From an archaeon (lineage in GTDB: Archaea > Asgardarchaeota > Thorarchaeia > Thorarchaeales > Thorarchaeaceae), in the NCBI GenBank assembly GCA_024275415.1, contig JAJRZD010000088.1, positions 1 to 21,264 on the forward strand: a stretch of 21,264 nt of DNA. The letters run 5' to 3'. A program made the position numbers and the translations under genes. Shown here piece by piece: positions 14,687 through 21,264 of this stretch (position 1 is the first letter of the stretch; each line of letters opens with the position of its first letter). The notes under the pieces were generated by a model. That model was not told the DNA's origin. It made no database searches and saw only the letters and a list, made by a program, of their open reading frames with translations.

Positions 14687-15673
14687 TCAATGCCCTCGAG
14701 GAGTCAGAACCGGACCCTGTGAGAAATCAAAGAGAACCATCTCATCGGTTCCCAATCGCAGGGAGAGTTGTTTTGAGTCATTCACGACCCCAATCTTGAC
14801 TGCGGTCATCTTGTGGGCATTGGCAATGCTTGTGATTTTATCAAGTTCTTCACGGGATGCACTGACAAGAAAGCCTGACGATATGAACATCCGAATCCAA
14901 TCAGTAAGTGGGATTGATGGTGGACATGACGCATTGACTACATCGAGGTCAATCGTACCTCCTTTCCAAGAATACTCGACGAGCATCCCAGCTGTCCCGA
15001 CAAGTCCGGCGACAGAAACATCCTTTGAAGCATGAAGGAGACCTTTTTCGGCTAAATCGAGCATGGTTGTGAAACGCAGGATGACAGACTCTGAGTCCTT
15101 GTGTGTAACAGTGTCCCATCCTAGAGGATAACTGGAACCCCTCTTCCCTATCGAATCGAATAGAAGGATTAGGACATCATCATCCTCAGCCCCTCCAGCC
15201 GTTAGCATGTGATTCCTTTTTACGGTCCCAGTCGCCGACCCCACGACATAGGTAGAGCTGGAGCTAGGGTTAGTGTGTCCTCGTACAATGGGTACTTGGA
15301 ATCTCTGGGAGCCCTGTATCAGCCCTTCGAGAATAGCATCACCAATCTTTTGATCGGAGTACGACAATGCAACGGCAAAGGAGGTCGGACGCCCCCCAGC
15401 TGCATAGATGTCCATGGTGTTAGCTAGGACCACATTGAAACCTGCTGAAAAGGGATGGTTCAGACAAAGCTCCTCAACGATAGAATCTGTTGTAAGAAGA
15501 ATCACCTCATCGGAGTCAGTGCCTATGGCAGCCGAATCCTCTCCGAGAGAGTGAGGAGTATTGCCATTGTAAGACTGCTCACGCAACTTGCGAAGGATAT
15601 CGGGAAGGACGAACTTTCGAGAGATCCCATCAAAGGTGTGCAAGAGATGAATAATCTCTTTCAGTTCTGTCAA
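14687..15673 (-). CDS. AIR synthase-related protein (PurM/HypE/ThiL/SelD superfamily; methanogenesis marker 2 / sll0787-like)
   Basis: FDGISRK N-terminus, GEDSAAI, TTDSI, LANTMDIYAAGGRP, GHT, and SKDVSVAGLVGT motifs. Lacks the SelD Cys/Sec-x-x-Lys motif. Confidence 0.8.
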   Translation of the reverse strand: MTELKEIIHLLHTFDGISRKFVLPDILRKLREQSYNGNTPHSLGEDSAAIGTDSDEVILLTTDSIVEELCLNHPFSAGFNVVLANTMDIYAAGGRPTSFAVALSYSDQKIGDAILEGLIQGSQRFQVPIVRGHTNPSSSSTYVVGSATGTVKRNHMLTAGGAEDDDVLILLFDSIGKRGSSYPLGWDTVTHKDSESVILRFTTMLDLAEKGLLHASKDVSVAGLVGTAGMLVEYSWKGGTIDLDVVNASCPPSIPLTDWIRMFISSGFLVSASREELDKITSIANAHKMTAVKIGVVNDSKQLSLRLGTDEMVLFDFSQGPVLTPRGH

Positions 15674-15701
15674 GGATAAGCCCCTGATAGGTCTTAAAGC
15701 A

Positions 15702-15827
15702 CTATGGCATTGTCAGATAGCCAATGGCAAACGCTGCCTGGCCCAGCAGGAGCCCAATCGCCAGCATTGACATTCCTACCATGAAATAGATGAGAGCTCT
15801 CATCTCAGATTTCACTTCTTCGAACAA
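15702..15827 (-). CDS. Small single-pass membrane protein (41 aa), not in the supplied ORF track
   Basis: TTG start preceded by AAGGTGA SD; MFEEVKSEMRALIYFMVGMSMLAIGLLLGQAAFAIGYLTMP-TAG; fills the gap in a same-strand gene run. Confidence 0.6.
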   Translation of the reverse strand: MFEEVKSEMRALIYFMVGMSMLAIGLLLGQAAFAIGYLTMP

Positions 15828-15900
15828 GTCTTGTCACCTTCTATACAGGCTGCACTAGTGTTGCTTATAGAGATTGTGGGAAGGCTTGAAACGTCGTGTT

Positions 15901-16212
15901 CTAGAATTCTAGCTTCCCACGTAGCTTCTTCGCATACTTGTCGGGGATAGCAGAAGGATCTTCTATAAGATCATGCTCTGGAACTGTGACAACTCTTTTG
16001 GGGATTTTTTCCCGTTTACATCTTCCGTTGTCAGTCATTTTTCTAATGGTGCACTTGCTATACTGGCACCAAGCTCCATCACACACATCATCAAAAGATG
16101 TGCACCATGCAACCTTTTTGCCGCTTTTCTTACGGAATTTCAGGGTTCCACGGTCTTGTATGCATCTAAAAGATTCACAAAAAGGGGTACATTCTTTGAA
16201 CCCGTCCATCAT
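15901..16212 (-). CDS. Cys-rich conserved hypothetical protein (probable metal binding)
   Basis: Eight Cys in the pattern CTPFC..FRC...WC....DVC.GAWC.Y.KC...DNGRC. ATG 16212 follows an AGGAG; alternative ATG at 16230. Confidence 0.7.
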   Translation of the reverse strand: MMDGFKECTPFCESFRCIQDRGTLKFRKKSGKKVAWCTSFDDVCDGAWCQYSKCTIRKMTDNGRCKREKIPKRVVTVPEHDLIEDPSAIPDKYAKKLRGKLEF

Positions 16213-16233
16213 GAAATCTACTCCTATCATCGT

Positions 16234-17064
16234 TCATTTCGATTTCTTTGCCAACGTGATTGTTTCTTCTAGCGATCTCTTTCCACCTTCAATGATACTG
16301 ATTGCCTTGGAAAGCTCTCTGTTCATGGAGTCATAGGCAGTCTGAGATACATCACCAATCTTGAGTTTCGCGTCAAGCCTGCTGATCTCCCTTCGCAACC
16401 GTTTGATCTCATTGTCCATGGACTTGAGCCACTGCTTAGAGGTCTTGAGTGCTGAAACGAGATCCTTTTGCAAATACTTGATTTTCATTTGCAATCGTTT
16501 CTTCTCCTCCTGAAATACTACTGGATCCAGTGTCTTCTCAGCAGACTTCAGCTTCTCCAGCTTGGCAGTTTGGATCATGAGTTGAGAGAGCGTGTTCTTT
16601 AGAGGTATCTCACCCTCCACAGACCGAAGCTTTGCCCTACGGGATTTGGCTTCATCAAGTTCATGGCGAAGGTCACGCGCCCGAGAGATGAGGAGATCCT
16701 TGTCTGCATGTTCGAGGTCTAACGCATGACGTGTCGAGCTTATCTCTGCAATGATACGATCCAACTCCTCATCAAGTACCTTCATTTCTGCTCTTGCAAA
16801 GATGATGGCCATTGTTTGAGAGTCCATCCCATCAATTGAGAACTGGAACTCGGGGTAAGAGAGATGCTCTGAAATATGGGGTTCCTCTATTTCTTCGTAG
16901 ATCTTGTCAAGCTCAGCTCGATGTGCTTCCAGCACCGCTTCAGGTTCATCGTCCACTGCTTTATTTAGTGGCTTTCCACATTCACTGCAGAATCGTCCTG
17001 AAGGAACCTTGGCACTACAGTGCGGACAGTCTACGAGATTATCGGGCAATCTTTCCCCCACCAT
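16234..17064 (-). CDS. Double zinc-ribbon protein with long coiled coil (C-terminus CdvA-like)
   Basis: CPHC...FCSECG ribbon followed by a heptad-rich helical region ending RLDAKLKIGDVSQTAYDSM. Start ATG 17064 or GTG 17112. Confidence 0.7.
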   Translation of the reverse strand: MVGERLPDNLVDCPHCSAKVPSGRFCSECGKPLNKAVDDEPEAVLEAHRAELDKIYEEIEEPHISEHLSYPEFQFSIDGMDSQTMAIIFARAEMKVLDEELDRIIAEISSTRHALDLEHADKDLLISRARDLRHELDEAKSRRAKLRSVEGEIPLKNTLSQLMIQTAKLEKLKSAEKTLDPVVFQEEKKRLQMKIKYLQKDLVSALKTSKQWLKSMDNEIKRLRREISRLDAKLKIGDVSQTAYDSMNRELSKAISIIEGGKRSLEETITLAKKSK

Positions 17065-17113
17065 ATAAAGCACAAATCGAGCGTTAGAAACGCTCGTCTG
17101 AGTCGGGAACACA

Positions 17114-17434
17114 TCAACTTACTAAGGTAGCAAGCCGACCAGCCACCTGATCCAGTTTGTCTTTCGAGGTAACTATCGAATCAGCACCATAAGTCGGCAA
17201 GACCTTGAGCTCCTCAATCAGTAGTGCGATGGCTTGGCTTGCATCGATGTCTTTCTGATCGAGAGATCCATCAGGGAATGTCAGGGATGCCTCATGCCAT
17301 TTTTCCTTGCTGTCATCAACAGGATAGAGACAGTAAATATAGTCATCATTACTACAGATGAAGGATGGGGTGTTCTCCCAAGCCTGGGCGAGGAGTGCAC
17401 CAAAAGCCTTTGCGTTTTCAGCCTTGTCAGCCAT
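17114..17434 (-). CDS. Hypothetical protein (106 aa)
   Basis: ATG with GGTGA SD, coding-like acidic composition, in a same-strand run. Confidence 0.75.
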   Translation of the reverse strand: MADKAENAKAFGALLAQAWENTPSFICSNDDYIYCLYPVDDSKEKWHEASLTFPDGSLDQKDIDASQAIALLIEELKVLPTYGADSIVTSKDKLDQVAGRLATLVS

Positions 17435-17527
17435 TCAGTATCACCATCGTTGGCTAGATGAGATATGAGGCAATCTGTCAACCAGCCTTATGACCTTTTC
17501 TGACATATAGGTAGATGGAGCCATTCA

Positions 17528-18100
17528 TTATGGCTTGTGCCAAATAAAGGAATAGTAAAATACATCCCCGTCCTCTTTGACAGTGGCAATGATGAACCTC
17601 TTCCTGACGCTGGTCGCAAGCCGTCCCGCTCGTACAATGTCAAGGGGGATGACTCCCTTCCGTTGAGGAATGACGTGGACAAGGAATGGAGCATGATCCT
17701 TTCCCGGACCATGTTCATAGACAGCGAAATCGGTCCCGAATTTCAGGCCAGGGCGTAGGATATAGCCCAGAGAACGTAGGTTCGAGTATACCATAAATCG
17801 GTCTACAAACTCATCGGATTGCTGTCTTCCAATCTTCAAGAGGTCATCAAGGGACAACGGTTCTCCTGAAACAGGATCCCTGACCTGCAATCGACCCTCA
17901 CTAATGAGATATGCACATTCCACTAGCGACAGCTCAAGAGGCTTGTCGAATTCAGGACTCTTTGGTTTCCGTATGCCTACTGGTTGCCCGAAATAGCCGT
18001 TGGCATAGAGTTTCATCCCATCCTGGGGGTTCCACACGATGCCTCGATCGCCAACAAAGTCTGCTGATGCCGGTTTCGAGGACTCGGACAAACTTGCCAC
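17528..18100 (-). CDS. endA: tRNA-intron (splicing) endonuclease
   Basis: LELSLVECAYL, VYSNLRSLGY..RPGLKFGTDFAVY...P...HAPFLV and RLATSVRK, containing the Tyr/His/Lys catalytic triad pattern; single-unit (alpha4-type length) subunit. Confidence 0.93.
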   Translation of the reverse strand: MASLSESSKPASADFVGDRGIVWNPQDGMKLYANGYFGQPVGIRKPKSPEFDKPLELSLVECAYLISEGRLQVRDPVSGEPLSLDDLLKIGRQQSDEFVDRFMVYSNLRSLGYILRPGLKFGTDFAVYEHGPGKDHAPFLVHVIPQRKGVIPLDIVRAGRLATSVRKRFIIATVKEDGDVFYYSFIWHKP

Positions 18101-18101
18101 C

Positions 18102-18791
18102 TTACGTGTTCAATGTCAATGAAAGAGAACGAATCGTGATAGCGACATCCTCGCCAAAGTTTGCGATGTCTTCCATCATGTTCATGAAGTCCCTGAAGCG
18201 TAAGAGTATCCCTATGTCTAGTCCTGAAGGATAGAGGATGGTCACAATCTCCCGAATCAGGATATCGATCTCTTTCTCCAGCGAGCATATCTCATCTACT
18301 TTCTTCATCGAATTCTCCATGTTTATTGACAGGAATCGTACAGCTTCCCGCGCCTCTTTGATCTCATCAATGACTAGCTTACCAAGCCTTTCAATCAGAT
18401 CCTTGAGTTCTCCAGTGGGAGTCCAGGAGGACTTTATTACGGCGTCTAGGTGATTGCAAGCAATCTCTGCGCCGTCCACAAGTTTGTCGGTGTAGTGTAC
18501 AAGTCGCAATAGATCCTCACGTTGCATCAGTGTATGTGCTTTTGCTAGCTCAAGTGTGATGTGACGTTTCACTTCATCGGCCTTTTCCTCAAGTTCGGTG
18601 ACTTTCTTCAAGTCCTCCGTGGACATCGGCTTATTATCACAAAGCCAATCAGGGAGCGCTTTTGCGATGATCTTGTTCGCTGCAAGAGCGATTCGGAAAT
18701 GCTCTTCAAGCATCTGAGTGATGTTCCCGAGCTCGGAGGTGAGGAAACGACTGTTATCAATGACCATCTCGAAGTTTCTCTCCGACCGCAC
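18102..18791 (-). CDS. DUF47 / PhoU-like phosphate transport regulator family protein
   Basis: Duplicated helical repeats with LEEKADEVKR, REDLLRL...D...D, LEKEID and EDIANFGED motifs. Start may be ATG 18767. Confidence 0.85.
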   Translation of the reverse strand: MRSERNFEMVIDNSRFLTSELGNITQMLEEHFRIALAANKIIAKALPDWLCDNKPMSTEDLKKVTELEEKADEVKRHITLELAKAHTLMQREDLLRLVHYTDKLVDGAEIACNHLDAVIKSSWTPTGELKDLIERLGKLVIDEIKEAREAVRFLSINMENSMKKVDEICSLEKEIDILIREIVTILYPSGLDIGILLRFRDFMNMMEDIANFGEDVAITIRSLSLTLNT

Positions 18792-18817
18792 TTCGGTTTT
18801 GGAGTAGATTTAAGTCT

Positions 18818-19642
18818 ATGGTAGGCGCTGAAAACGTCGAGGAAATACAAGTGGAACTCTGGCACATCATAGTTGGGTTGATTCAAGGATTCGTCGAGTG
18901 GCTCCCTATATCCTCAGAAGGGCAGGCAGTGCTGTTCGTCTATAACTTTGGCTCGGTTCCTCCCAGTGAGCTAATTACTCTAGTAGTATGGCTTCATTTG
19001 GGAACGGCACTTGCGGTGATTGCAAGATATCCACGAACCATAGTTGAAGTGCTATCATTGAAAGACAGAGAACTATTTCGCAACTTGCTCGTCGCAACAG
19101 TATGTACTGCGATAACAGCCATTCCACTCTATTTCCTCCTGAAAGATGCAGTGCTACTGTTCCAAGGGGAGATTCTCAATGTCATTGTGGGAGTGCTTCT
19201 TGTAGTTACTGCGGGCGTGTTGTATCTCCCTAAGTTAAGGGCCGATGGGGAGGGCATGGATGAAATCGAGCCAGATGTCCGTGTTTCTGCAATAACGGGA
19301 TTAGTACAGGGTTTCTCAGTATTGCCAGGTCTAAGCAGGTCAGGGTTAACAGTGTCTGCGCTTCTGATGCAGAAAGTGGACAAAGAAACAGCATTGCGAT
19401 TCAGTTTCCTAATGAGTGTCCCGGCAGTGCTCGGGATACTTGCAGTCGAATTCATGACTGGCTCTGCCGTCCTGCCGTCCATCGCTCCTCTAGATTTGCT
19501 GTTCGTAGAGATCATTGTATTCGTTTCAGGATTGGCATCCATGGAGTTCCTCCTCCGCGTCGCAAAAAGGGTCAGCTTCTGGAAATTGTGCTTGCTCTTG
19601 GGAGCAATTGCCATCATCTTTGGACTACCGGCATTAATCTGA
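18818..19642 (+). CDS. uppP: Undecaprenyl-diphosphate phosphatase (UppP/BacA family)
   Basis: GLIQGFVEWLPISSEG, LHLGT, GLVQG..VLPGLSRSG and FSFLMSVPA motifs; multi-pass membrane protein. Confidence 0.92.
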   Translation: MVGAENVEEIQVELWHIIVGLIQGFVEWLPISSEGQAVLFVYNFGSVPPSELITLVVWLHLGTALAVIARYPRTIVEVLSLKDRELFRNLLVATVCTAITAIPLYFLLKDAVLLFQGEILNVIVGVLLVVTAGVLYLPKLRADGEGMDEIEPDVRVSAITGLVQGFSVLPGLSRSGLTVSALLMQKVDKETALRFSFLMSVPAVLGILAVEFMTGSAVLPSIAPLDLLFVEIIVFVSGLASMEFLLRVAKRVSFWKLCLLLGAIAIIFGLPALI

Positions 19643-20356
19643 TCTTTTCTGAAACATGATTGCAATGGGAGCGTTCGCCTTTCTCCATTCGGCCAGTTTT
19701 CCTTCGTAATTGAGCGGAATTGGATGCCGTCCATGGTTCCCGATTATGATGAACAGCGTGTCCTTTCGAGCCTGACGCATCAGGACTTTAATCCAGTTGT
19801 CAGTACGCCTGACTATCTTCTCTAAGAGAGTCTTGGGAGGGGTTCGATGTCCGTATTGGGCATATAGGCTTTCAAAGTCGAGGAAATGGAGCACCAATAG
19901 CTCGCTCTTGAAGACATGCTTGGTAGACTCGATGTAAGTATTCATGTCATCGCGTGCGATGATGGAGTAGGAAGAATCGAAGCCAAAGTCGGAGGTGTCC
20001 TCAGCGCGGCATACCACTCGGACAAACTTGCCATATGACTTGACATGTTCGATAAGATGGAATCCTCCTACTGTGGATCCGGAAAGAAGCCGTTGGGTCA
20101 GTGGGACAGCATATGGATCATCAGTGTCGATAAGGACGAGGGCCTCCAAGTTTTTGATTAGTGCTTCGGGCTTGTATACCACTGCCTCGAAGAGACCAAA
20201 ATTATCGAGAATGACCATTACGATAGCCCTGGGGGTAAACTTCTCGAGGATTTCTGCATTTGGCTCAGGAAGACCAACCGGCACCTCAATTCCTAAAAGT
20301 TTCAGTATTGTAGAGGGAATCTCCAATGCAGACGAGCGTATCTGGGGGAAAGACAT
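19634..20356 (-). CDS. Alkaline-phosphatase/phosphodiesterase superfamily-like protein, motifs degenerate
   Basis: MVILDNFG, LHFLDFE and IIGNHG align by pattern with the core D..G, D and (S/A)DHG motifs; shorter than typical members. Confidence 0.55.
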   Translation of the reverse strand: MSFPQIRSSALEIPSTILKLLGIEVPVGLPEPNAEILEKFTPRAIVMVILDNFGLFEAVVYKPEALIKNLEALVLIDTDDPYAVPLTQRLLSGSTVGGFHLIEHVKSYGKFVRVVCRAEDTSDFGFDSSYSIIARDDMNTYIESTKHVFKSELLVLHFLDFESLYAQYGHRTPPKTLLEKIVRRTDNWIKVLMRQARKDTLFIIIGNHGRHPIPLNYEGKLAEWRKANAPIAIMFQKRSD

Positions 20357-20453
20357 AGGTTAACCTTCTGCGTGATTCTAGGTGGATGAATGATGTTCGT
20401 TCTATCATAAGCTAGAGTCTAATCCTTTGAATGTTTCTTAGGTCAATAACACC

Positions 20454-21264
20454 TTATTTTCCTATGTAGTAGTACTCGTTTGCTGCTTTTTGCTGCTGGT
20501 CGAGCTGCGAACCGTCCTTATTCACACGAGGGCGCCCTGTTTGAGGGTCGCGCCTAAAGGTGACTCCCATCTGTTTCAAGAAGGCATTCATCCCAGCTCG
20601 TAGTGTCGTGACCGAAGAAGCAATTCCTTTCTTGCCAGGAATCCCATCAAAGACGACCATACTATCGCTCAGGTAGTCTGCCATGAGAATTGAGTGTTCG
20701 ACCACGAATGCAGTCTTCTGATTGTTCTGTATCGTCTTGCGGATGGCATCCGAGCTCGCAAGGCGCTGTTCGATATCTAGGAAAGCCGAGGGTTCGTCAA
20801 ACAGGTAGATGTCAGCCTCTTTTGCAAGACATGCAGCAATGGCGGCGCGTTGGAGTTCGCCACCACTAAGATCCACGATAGCATGCTCCATGAGATGCTC
20901 CAAGCCCAGCTTCCTGATGACCGACGTTCTAAAGTCAGAAGAATCCACGGTACTGCCACCGGCTTCACGGAGGTACATCCGAACCGTGCCAGGATAGTCT
21001 TGGCTGATATATTGCGGCTTGTAGCTTACTCTCAAGTCAAACCCTGCTGTCGTCTTCTTTGGTGCCTCTCCCTCATCAGGATCCAACTCCCCAGCAAGTA
21101 TCTTTACGAAGGTGGTCTTTCCAATACCGTTAGGACCCAAGATGCCGATGATCTGCCCCTTTGTAATACGTCCTCCACGAACGGTCAGTTCGAAGTCATC
21201 GAACTTCTTTTTCATATCCCCATACTCGACAAGGGTCTCAAACGACTTGAATTCCTCGTCTTGA
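20454..21264 (-). CDS. rli1: Ribosome recycling ATPase ABCE1/Rli1, C-terminal half (5' end beyond window)
   Basis: Walker A GPNGIGKTT, VSYKPQYI, signature LSGGELQR, Walker B YLFDEPSAFLD, VVEH, and hinge TFRRDP.TGRPRVNK.GSQLD. The frame stays open to the window edge. Confidence 0.95.
   Translation of the reverse strand, partial: QDEEFKSFETLVEYGDMKKKFDDFELTVRGGRITKGQIIGILGPNGIGKTTFVKILAGELDPDEGEAPKKTTAGFDLRVSYKPQYISQDYPGTVRMYLREAGGSTVDSSDFRTSVIRKLGLEHLMEHAIVDLSGGELQRAAIAACLAKEADIYLFDEPSAFLDIEQRLASSDAIRKTIQNNQKTAFVVEHSILMADYLSDSMVVFDGIPGKKGIASSVTTLRAGMNAFLKQMGVTFRRDPQTGRPRVNKDGSQLDQQQKAANEYYYIGK

Noticed and set aside
14687-15673. Annotating this gene as selD (selenophosphate synthetase)
   Set aside because: No Cys/Sec-x-x-Lys N-terminal motif and no upstream in-frame TGA extension recognised; motifs fit the marker-2/sll0787 AIR-synthase-related group better.
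15695-15836. GTG-initiated minus-strand frame with one in-frame TGA (VTRLVRRSEI-U-DESSH...)
   Set aside because: It overlaps the better supported 41-aa membrane ORF in another frame and has no Cys/Sec-like context.
19129-20363. Long antisense ORFs 19129-19734 (-) and 19995-20363 (+)
   Set aside because: Antisense shadows of uppP and the AP-like gene; Ser/Thr/Arg-rich, non-protein-like composition.
1-21264. CRISPR arrays, IS/transposase or integrase genes, rRNA
   Set aside because: No regularly spaced direct repeats, no transposase or integrase motifs and no rRNA-like sequence seen.

Overview
Archaeal genomic window, most consistent with an Asgard archaeon (Thorarchaeota-like). That taxon call is an inference from gene content, archaeal GGTGA/GGAGG ribosome-binding motifs and the archaeal-type Sec machinery. 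The centre is a tight selenocysteine (Sec) biosynthesis and insertion cluster: pstK (+) converges with zero spacer on an unannotated 91-nt tRNA-Sec(UCA), which ends a minus-strand run selB - SepSecS - uncharacterised 220-aa gene - tRNA-Sec. No canonical SelD, no clearly identifiable selenoprotein and no convincing SECIS lies in the window. Also present: TFB, tRNA splicing endonuclease, ABCE1/Rli1 (partial), UppP, DUF47, a NapH/MauN-like Fe-S membrane protein, a stand-alone ModE-type wHTH, an AIR-synthase-related protein, DUF3179, a catalytically degenerate AstE-like protein, an MddA/NnrU/ICMT-like methyltransferase, a zinc-ribbon protein with a CdvA-like coiled coil, a 41-aa membrane ORF missed by the ORF track, several intergenic RNA hairpins and a shared palindromic operator-like motif. 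All family assignments come from motif recognition by eye; no searches were run.
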